Shown: piece by piece, positions 26,971 through 37,098 of the stretch
Numbering within the stretch: the first letter of the stretch is position 1
Layout: each line of letters begins with the position of its first letter
Assembly: GCA_041497895.1 (NCBI GenBank)
Contig: JBGQHJ010000022.1
Span: forward strand, 1-45,322
Direction of reading: 5' to 3'
Length of the DNA stretch: 45,322 bases
DNA from: Candidatus Methylomirabilia bacterium
GTDB taxonomy: Bacteria; Methylomirabilota; Methylomirabilia; Rokubacteriales; CSP1-6
The notes under the pieces: model-generated
The model's database searches: none
Seen by the model: only the letters and a program-made list of their open reading frames with translations
What the model was told of the DNA's origin: nothing
Made by a program: the position numbers and the translations under genes

Positions 26971-29778
26971 ATGTCCCAGCCGGTATGGCTCCGTATCGAG
27001 GGAGCCCGGCAGAACAACCTGAAGAACGTCTCCGTCGACATTCCCCACGATCGGCTCACCGTGATCACCGGGGTCTCGGGCTCGGGCAAGTCGTCCCTCG
27101 CGTTCGACACCCTGTTCGCGGAAGGCCAGTGGCGCTACATCGAGTCGCTCTCCACCTACGCCCGCATGTTCCTCGAGCGCCTCGACCGGCCCGACGTGGA
27201 CCGCATCGAGCACATCCGCCCCGCCATCGCGCTCGAGCAGAAGAACCCGGTGCGCACCGCGCGGTCCACCGTCGGCACCGCCACCGAGCTGCACGACTAC
27301 CTCCGGCTCCTCTTCGCCAAGATCGGCCGCGTCCACTGCCCGACCTGCGGGGCCCTGGCCCGGAGCGATTCGGCCGACCAGGTGGCCGACGCCCTGCTGC
27401 GCGATCACCCGGGCGCGCGGGCCATGATCTGCTTTCCCCTGCCCGCGGACGCCGCCCGCGATCCCCGCGCGCTCTTCGCCACCCTGCTCCAGCGCGGCTT
27501 CGCGCGGGTCAAGGCGGGCGATCAGGTGCTGGACCTGGCCGAGGTGCAGGGCCGCCCCGGCGCGCTGCCGGCCGGGCTCGATCTGGCCCGGCTGGCGGTG
27601 GTGCTGGACCGGGTGGTGGTCGGGCCCGACAGCCGGCGGCGCATCACCGACTCGCTCGAGACCGCCCTGGCCGAGGGCGAGGGCCGCGCCTCGGTGGACC
27701 TGCTCGAGGGGGGCGTGGTGCCGGTCAGCCGCGACTTCCACTGCCCGGCGTGCGGGGTGGCCCTGAGCCGCCCTCAGCCGCTGCTCTTCTCCTTCAACCA
27801 CCCGCTCGGCGCCTGCCCGGAGTGCAAGGGCTTCGGCAACGTGCTGCGCTACGACGAGGCCCGGGTGGTGCCGGATCAGACCCTGAGTCTCGCCGGCGGG
27901 GCGGTCGAGCCGTGGTCGCATCCCTCCGGCCGCTGGTACCAGAAGCAGCTGCTGAAGGCGGCCAAGAAACGGGGCGTGGACACGAGCGTGCCGTACTCGG
28001 ACCTGCCCGCGGAGGATCGCCGCTGGGTCTACGACGGTGGCGCCGGGCTCACCGGGATCCGCGGCTTCTTCGAGGAGGTCGAGTCCTACCGCTACAAGCT
28101 GCACGTCCGCGTCTTCCTCTCGCGTTACCGCAGCCAGTCGCCCTGCCCGCGCTGCGAGGGCCGGCGGCTCCGCCCGGAGGCGCTCGCGGTACGGGTGGCG
28201 GGCGCCAGCATCGCCGAGTTCGGCGAGAAGACCGTCGAGGAGCTCGACGCGCTCTTCGCGACGCTGTCGCTCACCGAGTGGGAGGCCACGGTGGCGCGGG
28301 ACGTGCTCAAGCTGCTGCGCGCCAAGCTCTCGTTCCTGCTCCGGGTCGGCCTCGGCTACCTCACCCTCGGGCGCCAGACCCGGACCCTGTCGGGGGGCGA
28401 GGCCCAGCGGATCAATCTCGCCAACCAGCTCGGTGCCCAGCTCACCGGCACCCTCTACGTGCTCGACGAGCCGTCCATCGGCCTGCACCCCCGGGACACC
28501 GCCCGGCTGGCCGAGCTCTGCCGCGAGCTCGCCTCCGGCGGCAACACGGTGGTGATGGTCGAGCACGACCGCGCGCTCATCGAGGTGGCCGACTACCTGA
28601 TCGAGATGGGCCCCGGCTCGGGCGAGCGGGGCGGGAGCGTGGTCTTCGCGGGCACCCAGGACGAGTTCCGCAAGGATCCGCGCTCGCTGACCGCGCGCTA
28701 CCTGAGCGGCCGCGACACGATTCCCCTCCCCCTCAGCCGACGGCCGGGCCGCCGGGCCCTGGTGCTGGCGGGCGCGCGCGCGAACAACCTGAAGAACGTC
28801 ACCGTGAAGATCCCGCTCAACACCCTCACCTGCGTGACCGGGGTCTCGGGCTCCGGGAAATCCACGCTGGTGCACGACACGCTCTATCGCGCGGTGGCTC
28901 GCCACTTCAAGGCGGACTTCGCGGTGCCCGGCGCCCACGACGAGCTGCGCGGCCTGCAGCACCTGAAGGGCATCCGCCTCATCGACCAGGAGCCCATCGG
29001 ACGCACCCCGCGCTCCAACCCGGTCACCTACGTGAAGGCCTTCGACGAGATCCGCCGGCTCTTCGCGAGCCTGCCCCGCGCCCACACCCTGGGCCTCGGG
29101 CCCGGGGCGTTCTCGTTCAACGTGCCGGGCGGGCGCTGCGAGACCTGCGAGGGAGACGGCTTCCAGAAGCTCGAGATGTACTTCGTGGAGGACGTCTACG
29201 TGACCTGCCAGGAGTGCGAGGGGCGCCGCTACCGCGCCGACGTGCTCCAGGTCACGTACAAGAACCGCGACATCAGCCGGGTCCTGCAGCTCACCGTCGA
29301 CGAAGCGGTCGACTTCTTCGCCTCCGAGCCGGTGCTGCAGCGCCGACTCAAGATCCTCCGCGAGGTCGGTCTCGGGTACCTCCGCCTCGGCCAGCCCGCC
29401 ACCACCCTCTCCGGCGGCGAGGCCCAGCGGCTCAAGATCGCGGCGGAGCTGTCCGCCCGGCCCACCACCGACCACCTCTTCATCCTGGACGAGCCGACGA
29501 CCGGGCTCCACCTCGACGACATCCGTAAGCTGCTCCTGGTCCTGAACCGCCTGGTGGACGCGGGCAACACGGTGCTGGTGGTCGAGCACCACCTCGACGT
29601 GATCAAGACCGCCGACTGGGTCGTGGACCTCGGGCCAGAGGGCGGCGAGGCGGGAGGCGAGTTGGTCGCCGAGGGCACGCCGGAGCAGATTGCCCAGGTG
29701 AGCGGCTCCTACACCGGCAAGTTCCTCCGCGAGCTCTTGCCGCGGCCGAACGGGCGATCGGCGTCCGGACGGGGCTGA
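26971..29778 (+). CDS. uvrA: Excinuclease ABC subunit A (possibly a second UvrA paralog)
   Basis: Two ABC modules ([29 protein letters not shown]) and several CxxC zinc modules. Confidence 0.95.
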   Translation: MSQPVWLRIEGARQNNLKNVSVDIPHDRLTVITGVSGSGKSSLAFDTLFAEGQWRYIESLSTYARMFLERLDRPDVDRIEHIRPAIALEQKNPVRTARSTVGTATELHDYLRLLFAKIGRVHCPTCGALARSDSADQVADALLRDHPGARAMICFPLPADAARDPRALFATLLQRGFARVKAGDQVLDLAEVQGRPGALPAGLDLARLAVVLDRVVVGPDSRRRITDSLETALAEGEGRASVDLLEGGVVPVSRDFHCPACGVALSRPQPLLFSFNHPLGACPECKGFGNVLRYDEARVVPDQTLSLAGGAVEPWSHPSGRWYQKQLLKAAKKRGVDTSVPYSDLPAEDRRWVYDGGAGLTGIRGFFEEVESYRYKLHVRVFLSRYRSQSPCPRCEGRRLRPEALAVRVAGASIAEFGEKTVEELDALFATLSLTEWEATVARDVLKLLRAKLSFLLRVGLGYLTLGRQTRTLSGGEAQRINLANQLGAQLTGTLYVLDEPSIGLHPRDTARLAELCRELASGGNTVVMVEHDRALIEVADYLIEMGPGSGERGGSVVFAGTQDEFRKDPRSLTARYLSGRDTIPLPLSRRPGRRALVLAGARANNLKNVTVKIPLNTLTCVTGVSGSGKSTLVHDTLYRAVARHFKADFAVPGAHDELRGLQHLKGIRLIDQEPIGRTPRSNPVTYVKAFDEIRRLFASLPRAHTLGLGPGAFSFNVPGGRCETCEGDGFQKLEMYFVEDVYVTCQECEGRRYRADVLQVTYKNRDISRVLQLTVDEAVDFFASEPVLQRRLKILREVGLGYLRLGQPATTLSGGEAQRLKIAAELSARPTTDHLFILDEPTTGLHLDDIRKLLLVLNRLVDAGNTVLVVEHHLDVIKTADWVVDLGPEGGEAGGELVAEGTPEQIAQVSGSYTGKFLRELLPRPNGRSASGRG

Positions 29779-31028
29779 TGGACCATCACCACCTGCTCGA
29801 GGCCGCGGGCACGGTGGTCTCCGGCGTCCTCTTCTATTCCCTCGCCTATGGCTGGTTCGCCCCGGACGATCCCCGCCGTCGTCCGCTCTGGGTCGCGGCG
29901 ATGGGCCTGGTGTGGGGAGGCCTCGCGGTCATCCTCATGATCTCGCGCATCCAGACCGTCGAGGGCATCTTCGTCGACGGGCGCGTCATCCCGGTGGCGG
30001 TCATCGGACTGTTCGAGGGCGGGTGGGCGGCCCTCATCGCGGCGCTCGCCGCGGCGGCCTACCGGGTCTGGCTCGGCGGGAGCGGCGCGACGGCGGGCGT
30101 GGTCACCCTGCTCGCGGTGGCGGCGGCGGCGGCGCTCTCGCACCGCTGGGCGCGGACCGCGGAGAAGGTGCGCTTCCGCCACGCCTTCGGGTTGGCGGTG
30201 GCGACGTTCTTCATCACCTTCGGCGGCTTCGGCCTGCTCGGAGAGCGAGGCCGCGCCATGTTCGCGGGCGTGTGGCCGTCCTACCTGATCCTCACCGTGA
30301 TCGGAATCCCGGCCATCGGCCTCCTGATGGCGAGCATCGTCGAGCGGCGTGCGCTCGCCCAGGAGCGCGAGCGCTTTCGCGCGGTGCTCGACGATGCCAC
30401 CGACGCGGTGCGCGTCGTGGACGGGGACACCCACCGGATCATCGACTGCAACCGCGCCGACTGCGACCTGTCCGGGCTCGCGCGGGTGCAGCTCGTGGGC
30501 CGCGACAGCCGGGAGTTCTGGCCGAGCCCGGCCGCGGAGGGCCCGGCGGCCGGGCCCGCGACCGGCCCCGGCTCGGTGGCGCGGGCGCTCGGGGTGCCCT
30601 TCCAGACCGCGTCCGGCCGGCTGCTCGCGGTCGACTCCACCCGCCGTGTCGTCGCATACCGGGGGCGGCGCTACGAGATCATCATCTACCGCGACGCGGC
30701 CGAGCGGCTGGCCGGCGAGGAGGCGCGCCGGGAAGCGGCCTCGCTGCGCTCCGTCAACCTGCTCGCCCAGGCCGCCGCCCACGAGATCAACAACCCGCTC
30801 GCGATCATCATGGGCTACATCCAGATGCTGGAGGATCGCCTGCCCCCCGGCACCGAGGAGAGCAGCTGGACGCGGACCTGCCGCAACGCGGCGGTGCGCA
30901 TCCGCGACGCGGTCGGCCGCCTGAGCCGCATCGTCCGCGTGGAGAGCACGCAGCCGTCCGGCACCGTCCCGCCCATCCTGGACATGGAGCGATCCACGAG
31001 CCCGCGCCCCGACGATGTCGGCCGGTAG
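29778..31028 (+). CDS. Membrane sensor: LytS/YhcK-like 5TM + PAS + HisKA, lacking the HATPase domain
   Basis: GIFVDGRVIP..LFEGG..A receptor pattern, PAS-like IIDCNRA, H-box AHEINNPL; no N/G1/F/G2 boxes before the stop. Confidence 0.75.
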   Translation: MDHHHLLEAAGTVVSGVLFYSLAYGWFAPDDPRRRPLWVAAMGLVWGGLAVILMISRIQTVEGIFVDGRVIPVAVIGLFEGGWAALIAALAAAAYRVWLGGSGATAGVVTLLAVAAAAALSHRWARTAEKVRFRHAFGLAVATFFITFGGFGLLGERGRAMFAGVWPSYLILTVIGIPAIGLLMASIVERRALAQERERFRAVLDDATDAVRVVDGDTHRIIDCNRADCDLSGLARVQLVGRDSREFWPSPAAEGPAAGPATGPGSVARALGVPFQTASGRLLAVDSTRRVVAYRGRRYEIIIYRDAAERLAGEEARREAASLRSVNLLAQAAAHEINNPLAIIMGYIQMLEDRLPPGTEESSWTRTCRNAAVRIRDAVGRLSRIVRVESTQPSGTVPPILDMERSTSPRPDDVGR

Positions 31029-32289
31029 CCCCGGCGTCCGGCCGGGTCCCGGAGGCGTCTTCTACGGCTGGACGGTGGTGGCGGCGGCCTCCCTCGTCCT
31101 GTTCATGGCCTACGGCACCCAGTACGCCTTCGGCGTGTTCTTCACGGCCCTGATGGACGAGTTCGGTTGGAGTCGCGCGAGCCTCTCCGGCGTGTTCTCG
31201 CTCTACGCGCTCGTGTACTCGGGCTTCGCCCTCGTGGCCGGCCGGCTCACCGATCGCTGGGGTCCGCGGGCCGTCATCGCGATCGGCGGCTCGCTCCTGG
31301 GGCTGGGCCTCGCCGCGATGAGCGAGGTCGGCGCCCTCTGGCAGCCCTACGTGCTCTACGGCACCGTCGTCGCGCTCGGCATGTCCACCGCCTACGTGCC
31401 GTGCAACGCGACGGTGGCCAAGTGGTTCACGCGCCGACGCGGGCTCGCGGTCGGGCTGGCCAGCGCGGGTGGCAGCCTCGGCACGTTCGCCCTTCCGCCG
31501 GTGGCCCACTTCCTGGTGAGCCGGCTCGGCTGGCGCTGGGCCTACGTCGTCTTCGGCGCCGCGATCCTCTTGGCCCTCAACGCGCTCGCGGTCCTCATGC
31601 GCCGCGATCCCGAGATCGTCGGCCTCGCTCCGGACGGCGACCGACCCGCCCCGCTCCGCGACCTGGCGCCCGCCGCCCGAGGCGCCCACGACTGGACGAT
31701 CCGCCGCGCCCTCCGCTCGCGCGCCTTCTGGCTCCTCTTCGGCGTGTTCGCCGGCACCTGGACCCCGGTGTTCATCCCGCTCGTGCACCTCGTCCCGATG
31801 GCGCGGGGGCTCGGGATCCCGCCCCTGCTCGCCGCGACGCTCGTGAGCGCGGTCGGGGCCGCCGCACTCGTGGGGCGGCTGGTCATGGGCGGCGCCTCGG
31901 ACCGGTTCGGCCGGCGCGGCGCGCTCGCCTTCGCCCTGGCGCTCCAGACCGCGGCCTTCCTCGGCTTCGCGGGGGCGAGCGAACTGGCCGCGCTCTACGC
32001 GGCCGCGCTGGTGTTCGGGTTCTCCTATGGCGCGGCCTCGACGCTCTTCCCGGCCACGGTCGCCGACGTGTTCGGGCGTGAGCACGCGGGCACCCTCTCC
32101 GGCCTGCTCTTCGCCACCGCGGGATCCCTGGCCGCGCTCGGGCCGGTCGCGGCCGGTCTCATCTACGACCGCGCGGGCGACTACCGGCTCGCCTGGTGGC
32201 TCAGCGCCGGCTGCAACGCCTTCGCGCTGCTGCTGGTCGCGTGCTTCCGCGCCCCCGCTCCCGTCGCGGCGGACGAAGCGGTCGCTTGA
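31015..32289 (+). CDS. MFS transporter (OFA/MCT-like)
   Basis: FYGW, YAFGVF, GRLTDRWGPR and GGASDRFGRR motif A, about 12 TM. Confidence 0.9.
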   Translation: MSAGSPGVRPGPGGVFYGWTVVAAASLVLFMAYGTQYAFGVFFTALMDEFGWSRASLSGVFSLYALVYSGFALVAGRLTDRWGPRAVIAIGGSLLGLGLAAMSEVGALWQPYVLYGTVVALGMSTAYVPCNATVAKWFTRRRGLAVGLASAGGSLGTFALPPVAHFLVSRLGWRWAYVVFGAAILLALNALAVLMRRDPEIVGLAPDGDRPAPLRDLAPAARGAHDWTIRRALRSRAFWLLFGVFAGTWTPVFIPLVHLVPMARGLGIPPLLAATLVSAVGAAALVGRLVMGGASDRFGRRGALAFALALQTAAFLGFAGASELAALYAAALVFGFSYGAASTLFPATVADVFGREHAGTLSGLLFATAGSLAALGPVAAGLIYDRAGDYRLAWWLSAGCNAFALLLVACFRAPAPVAADEAVA

Positions 32290-32315
32290 CGCCCCCCGCC
32301 GCGCTCACGTACAGT
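32286..32315 (+). promoter_or_regulatory. Putative sigma70 promoter of the thiolase-DUF35 pair
   Basis: TTGACG-18 nt-TACAGT, GAGGAG RBS downstream. Confidence 0.5.
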
Positions 32316-32366
32316 CGGGCGGCCTGATCCGGTCGCCGTCACGCGGTCATCGTCGAGGAGCGCTCA

Positions 32367-33581
32367 ATGGCATCTCTCAGGGACAAGTACTGCATCGTCG
32401 GGGTGGGAGAGACCGAGTACAGCCGTCAGTCCGCGCGGAGCACGCGGGCGATGGCGGTCGAGGCGGTGCGAAACGCGATGCGCGACGCCGGTCTCGCCAA
32501 GGACGGGGTGGACGGCATGATGTCCTACCAGAGCGGCGACTCCGTCTTCTCCAACTTCGTGGCGCCGGACCTCGGCATCCGGCTCAACTTCTACATGGAC
32601 GTGTTCGGCGGCGGCTCCTCCACCGAGGCCCTGATCGGGCTCGCCATGGGCGCCATCGAGGCCGGGATGTGCCACACGGTGGCCATCTTCCGCTCGATGA
32701 ACGGCTACTCCGACTTCCGCATCGGCGGCACCGGCGCGCGGGCGGCCCAGCCGGTGCGTGGGCTGGACCTGGCCCAGGTGCCGTTCGGCATGCGCAGCGC
32801 CGGGCAGAACTTCGCGCCGACCTTCATGCGCCACATGTACGAGTACGGCACCACCTCCGAGCAGGTGGCCCACGTGCGGATGGCCCACAGCAAGCACGCC
32901 TCGCAGAATCCGAAGGCGTTCCTGAAGGATCGGGTCACGGTGGCCGACGTGATGGCCTCGCGCTGGATCTGCAAGCCGCTCCACCTGCTCGACTGCTGCC
33001 TCGAGACCGACAACGCCACCGCCCTCATCGTCACGAGCGCGGAGCGGGCGCGCGACCTGCGCCGCAAGCCGGCCTACATCATGGGCGTGGCCGGCCGGGT
33101 CAACAAGCCGCGCACCGACTTCCACTGGGCCCACGGCCCGATCACCCGGGTCGCCGGCTACCACGCCAAGGACATCGTCTTCGGCCAGGCCGGCATCAAG
33201 CCGGACGACGTCAACGTCACCGGCTCCTACGACGCGTTCACGTTCACCACCATGCTCCAGCTCGAGGAATACGGCTTCTGCAAGAAGGGCGAGGGCGGGC
33301 AGTACGTCTCGAGCGGCATCATCGAGCTCGGCGGCAAGCGACCCAACAACACCTCGGGCAGCCACCTCTGCGAGGGCTACACCCACGGCATCTCGATGGT
33401 GATCGAGAACGTGCGGCAGCTCCGCGGCCAGGTCGACGACTACTGCCCGGGCTGGGAGGACGGCAAGCACTCCTACGACTACTCGCCGGGCAAGTGCCGC
33501 CAGGTGAAGGACGCCCGCGTCACCATGAACCTCGGCTGGGCGATGCCGCCGACCGGCTCCGCCCTCATCATGAGGAACTAG
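32367..33581 (+). CDS. Thiolase-superfamily protein (SCP2/Ltp2-like)
   Basis: CIVGVGETEYS, PLHLLDCCLETD, YDAFT, NTSGSHLCEGY; GGGSS where thiolases have the N-terminal catalytic Cys. Confidence 0.85.
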   Translation: MASLRDKYCIVGVGETEYSRQSARSTRAMAVEAVRNAMRDAGLAKDGVDGMMSYQSGDSVFSNFVAPDLGIRLNFYMDVFGGGSSTEALIGLAMGAIEAGMCHTVAIFRSMNGYSDFRIGGTGARAAQPVRGLDLAQVPFGMRSAGQNFAPTFMRHMYEYGTTSEQVAHVRMAHSKHASQNPKAFLKDRVTVADVMASRWICKPLHLLDCCLETDNATALIVTSAERARDLRRKPAYIMGVAGRVNKPRTDFHWAHGPITRVAGYHAKDIVFGQAGIKPDDVNVTGSYDAFTFTTMLQLEEYGFCKKGEGGQYVSSGIIELGGKRPNNTSGSHLCEGYTHGISMVIENVRQLRGQVDDYCPGWEDGKHSYDYSPGKCRQVKDARVTMNLGWAMPPTGSALIMRN

Positions 33582-33583
33582 CG

Positions 33584-34090
33584 ATGGCCTCCGTCGAATA
33601 CCGCGGCATGAACCTGGTCATCCCCGAGAACGACTCGGAGTGGCGCGAGCACTTCAAGCTGGCCCGAACGAGCCATCGCCTGATGCTGCGGGCCTGCAAG
33701 GGGTGCGGCCTCATGCGCTACCCGCCGAGCCACGGCTGCCCATGGTGCATGTCGCTCGAGTGGGAGTGGAAGCCGGTGAGCGGCCGCGGGCACATCTACT
33801 CCTACGAGGTGGTGCACCACGCCATCCAGCCCGGCTTCAAGGAGTGGACACCGTACGCGGTGGTGCTGGTGGAGCTCGACGAGCAGCGCGGCCAGCCGAC
33901 TCCCGACGAGGCCCTGCGCGTCATCGCGAACCTGGTCACGCCCGAGTTCCGCCCCGAGCCCGAGCAGAACGTGGCCATCGGCAAGCGGGTCCGGGTGGTC
34001 TTCCACGATCTCTCGGCCGACTTCGCCCTGCCCCAGTTCACGCTGACCGACGAGCCGGCCGAGGGCCGGGTCTGGCGCTTCCCCGGCTAG
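33584..34090 (+). CDS. DUF35 Zn-ribbon/OB-fold protein
   Basis: CKGC...RYPP...CPWC, SGRGHIYSY, PYAVVLVELDE; ATG 33584 two bases after the thiolase stop. Confidence 0.88.
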   Translation: MASVEYRGMNLVIPENDSEWREHFKLARTSHRLMLRACKGCGLMRYPPSHGCPWCMSLEWEWKPVSGRGHIYSYEVVHHAIQPGFKEWTPYAVVLVELDEQRGQPTPDEALRVIANLVTPEFRPEPEQNVAIGKRVRVVFHDLSADFALPQFTLTDEPAEGRVWRFPG

Positions 34091-34847
34091 CCCGCGCGTC
34101 GAGACCGAGCCACACCGCGCCCTGCACCGCGAGGCTCACCGCGAGCGCGGCCAGGAACCCGAAGTCGCGCCCGAGCCCGATCACGCCCACCGTCAGCACG
34201 AAGCAGAAGAGCGCGAAGCTCCACATCGCGGGGAGGAACGCGCGCAGGAAGCCCACCGCGGCCGGCGCACCCTGCTGGCCGTGGGTGAACGCGAGCAGGA
34301 TCGTGGTGGCGATCGGAAACGGGGTGATCGCGCCGGAGAGCCGCGGGCCGAGCCAGGCGGCCAGGCCGGTGACCGCCAGCACCAGCGCTACCGCGGCCGC
34401 CATGCGGAGGGGGAGGTCCCACGCGGGCGCCACGGCCGGAAGCGGCGCGTCGGCAACCGGAGGAAGCACGAAGGGCGCGATCCCGAAGGCCGCGAGGGCG
34501 AGCGCGAGACCCGAGACCGCGGTCCACGGGACCGCCTGGAACGCGACGGTCAGGGCCGCGAAAGCGGTCCAGCCGACCAGCACGCAGACCCACCAGGGGC
34601 GCCTCATCGCGACCCACGAGTAGACCACCGCGAAGACCGCGACCGCGGCGAGGCCGGCGAGAGTCGACAGGGCGGCGCGCGCCACGAACGCGTCGCCCTG
34701 CTCGAGGGCCAGGAAGAACAGCACCGGCCCCGCGACCAGCGGCAAGGCGTTGAGCCAGCCGCCGACGCGGGGGCCGAAGCGACGGCCGGCCATGGTGACC
34801 AGGGCGATGAGCCCCGGCACCAGGACCAGCTTGAAGAGGAGCGTCAC
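34038..34847 (-). CDS. Hypothetical multi-pass membrane protein with internal repeat
   Basis: Hydrophobic throughout; repeated motif RRFGPRVGGWLNALP / WLGPRLSGAITPFP; GTGA overlap with the upstream gene. Confidence 0.7.
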   Translation of the reverse strand: MTLLFKLVLVPGLIALVTMAGRRFGPRVGGWLNALPLVAGPVLFFLALEQGDAFVARAALSTLAGLAAVAVFAVVYSWVAMRRPWWVCVLVGWTAFAALTVAFQAVPWTAVSGLALALAAFGIAPFVLPPVADAPLPAVAPAWDLPLRMAAAVALVLAVTGLAAWLGPRLSGAITPFPIATTILLAFTHGQQGAPAAVGFLRAFLPAMWSFALFCFVLTVGVIGLGRDFGFLAALAVSLAVQGAVWLGLDARASRGSARPGPRPARRSA

Positions 34848-35371
34848 CCGCGGGTCAGCCGGGCGACGATCTCGTCGTAGGCCTTATCGGCCAGCGCGCG
34901 CACCTCGTCCCGGGTGAGCGGCTGGATGGGGTGGGCGACCATCACGGTCTGGTGGTCGCGGGCGCCCAGGGCGTCGGCCTGGGCCCGCGCGGCCCGCTTG
35001 AACTCGGTCGAGATCACGGTCGCGGTGGGAATCCCCTGGTCCTCGAAGAACACGCTGTCGTGCACACTGCACGTTGTGCAGGACCCTCAGTCGGCGAGGG
35101 CCTCGATCACCGCGTCGCTGTTCTTCAAGATCTCCTGCCGCAGGTCCTCGGGGGCCGGCCGCGCGAACGTCGGCTTCTTCTTCCGCACGACGTCCTTGGG
35201 ATGGGCCCGCTCCCGCAGCAGCTCCTCGACGCGGTCGAGCAAATGGTTGCCTTTGGCCTTCGAGATATCGAGCAGGGTGATGGTCTTGCCCTCGAGGCTC
35301 TCGAGGCGCCGCGCGGTCTTGCGGGGAACCGCCACCGAATCGGTCGGGTCCAGGAACTCGTCGTCGCTCAT
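34844..35371 (-). CDS. UGSC-family selenoprotein (Sec at codon 95; TGA at 35087-35089)
   Basis: MSDDEFLDPT...IEALAD-TGA-GSCTTCSVHD...HPIQPL: two track ORFs join in frame across the TGA; SECIS-like hairpin right after it. Confidence 0.85.
35061..35080 (-). other. Putative bacterial SECIS element
   Basis: After TGA-GGGTCC: TGCAC-A-AC-[GTGCA]-GT-GTGCA stem-loop with loop starting GU; an alternative fold CTGCAC/GTGCAG is possible. Confidence 0.5.
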
Positions 35372-36420
35372 GAGTCTTCCTCCGGCATGTGGATCTTCCT
35401 CCAGATCATGCGCGAGCTCTTGGGAAACGTCCAGCCCGGAATCACCGCCGAGAAGCGCCCCGCGGTGCCGCCGGCCACCACGAACTTCAGGTTGCCCGGC
35501 TCGCGAAACTTGGCGATCAGCGTGTCGTCGGTCTCGGGACGCGGAAACTTGGCGAGGACGTGGGCGGGCAGCCCCTCCCCGCCCTCCACCCCCGGGATCA
35601 ACTCGCGCACCGGCTTGCGCAGCCGCGTCCACAGGAACTCGCGCATCTCCGCCTTCCCCCACCCGTCGCCGGCGATGGTGCGGGCGTGCTCGGGGGAGAG
35701 CACCACCAGGGTGTCGCCGTGGTGGGTCGACTTGTGGTGCGAGATCACCTCGAGCGACTTCGAGATCGTGATCAGAAGGTCGCGGGCGCTCCGGCTCATG
35801 TGGTCGTAGACGCCGTGCGGCGCCTCCCCCGCGAAGGCGGCGATCACGCTCTCGCCGGGGGCGAAACCGTGCTCGACCGCGAGGGAGTCCCAGGGGTTCT
35901 CCTCCTCGGCCTCCCCGATGCAGTAGGTGTACCGGCCGGGGTGCGCCATGGTGGACATGCTCACCACGCCCGGGATGGCTCCGCCCAGGTTCACCGCGAT
36001 CAGCCGCAGCGCCCGCCCGATCGTGGCGTTCGCCCGCCAGCCGGGTCCGAACAGCCCGGCCCCGCAGTTGATGTCGAGCCGCGGGCGGGCGGGACCGTTC
36101 ACGATGAAGAGCGGCGAGGGAAAGTTGGTGGTGGCCGAGACCCCGTGGAGGTCGAAGCCCTCGTCGCACATGGCCTCCACCCCCGCCACCACCACCGGCA
36201 GGTACTCCGGCCGGCAGCCCGCCATCACCGCGTTGATCGCGATCTTCTCCACGGTGGCGCGGCCGAAATTGGGGGGCACCAGCGCGATCAGCGCGTCCCC
36301 CGGGCGCGCGCTCGCCGCCACCGCGGCGGCCACCCGCTCGCGCGTGGGCGGCACCACCGGCAGGCCGTCGGTGACCCCGCGGGCGTAGAGCGCCTCGAAC
36401 GGATCGGCCAGATCAGCCAC
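35368..36420 (-). CDS. Conserved hypothetical protein, partner of the UGSC selenoprotein
   Basis: TDGLPVVPPT, ATVEKIAINAVMAGCRPEY, RANATIGRA, EAEEENPW, VVAGG; ATGA overlap with the UGSC gene. Confidence 0.8.
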   Translation of the reverse strand: MADLADPFEALYARGVTDGLPVVPPTRERVAAAVAASARPGDALIALVPPNFGRATVEKIAINAVMAGCRPEYLPVVVAGVEAMCDEGFDLHGVSATTNFPSPLFIVNGPARPRLDINCGAGLFGPGWRANATIGRALRLIAVNLGGAIPGVVSMSTMAHPGRYTYCIGEAEEENPWDSLAVEHGFAPGESVIAAFAGEAPHGVYDHMSRSARDLLITISKSLEVISHHKSTHHGDTLVVLSPEHARTIAGDGWGKAEMREFLWTRLRKPVRELIPGVEGGEGLPAHVLAKFPRPETDDTLIAKFREPGNLKFVVAGGTAGRFSAVIPGWTFPKSSRMIWRKIHMPEEDS

Positions 36421-36432
36421 CGCCGCCGGTCT

Positions 36433-37098
36433 TCACGGCTTGCACACCCGGAAGGCGGCGTAGTCGCCGCGCGCGGTGCTCTTGGTGTCGTCGGAGTCGG
36501 TGAGCACCGCGATGCCCGCAGGCCGCGGGGCGTCCGATCCGCCGAAGTACCGCCGGTAGTCCTCGCGGACGTTCACCTGCTCATCCACCCACTGCCCGAC
36601 CTTCTCCGCGCCGGTCCGCAAGATCCTCACCTGGGTGTTGCCCGCGCTCGACGTGAGATGCGTCCCGACCGGCACCAGCCGGCTCCACACGTACTTCACG
36701 CTCTTGACCGATACCGGAGTGCTCGGGAAGACCGCGTAGACCGAGACCGCGCTGTCGTTGCTCGACGACTTGCGCTCGTCGGAGCCCTTCGGGAACTCGA
36801 TCGGGCGCCACGACCACGCCAGGACCGGGTAGACGTCGAGGTTCCAGGCCACCTCGCGCCCGGCCTGGATCCCGAGCCGGATGGCGGCCGCACGCAGGAA
36901 GCGCAGGCCCGCCTCCTCCTGGATCGAGTACACCGGCCGGCCCTCGTCCTTCCGGGGCTTCCATTCCGGGGGGAACTCGCCGACCGTGCCCCGGGTGAAG
37001 TCCTCCAGGGCCACGCACTCCGCGCCGGGCGCGGGTCCCACGCCGGCGACCAACAGGGCGACCAGCAGCGGGAGGATCAGCGCCCGCGGCGCCACCAT
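36433..37098 (-). CDS. DUF3047-like exported protein
   Basis: Signal peptide; PVLAWSWR, DER...ND, KYVWS, NVREDY, IAVLTDSDDT. Confidence 0.7.
   Translation of the reverse strand: MVAPRALILPLLVALLVAGVGPAPGAECVALEDFTRGTVGEFPPEWKPRKDEGRPVYSIQEEAGLRFLRAAAIRLGIQAGREVAWNLDVYPVLAWSWRPIEFPKGSDERKSSSNDSAVSVYAVFPSTPVSVKSVKYVWSRLVPVGTHLTSSAGNTQVRILRTGAEKVGQWVDEQVNVREDYRRYFGGSDAPRPAGIAVLTDSDDTKSTARGDYAAFRVCKP

Noticed and set aside
26848..29592. Long antisense or alternate-frame ORFs (e.g. 914 aa here, 6605..8221, 12919..14841, 35389..37179, 42971..44863)
   Set aside because: Shadow ORFs of high-GC coding sequence; they overlap well-supported genes and show no motifs.
35087..35089. Nonsense mutation or two separate small genes
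   Set aside because: The TGA sits exactly at a redox-motif position (UxxC) with a hairpin after it; recoding explains it better.
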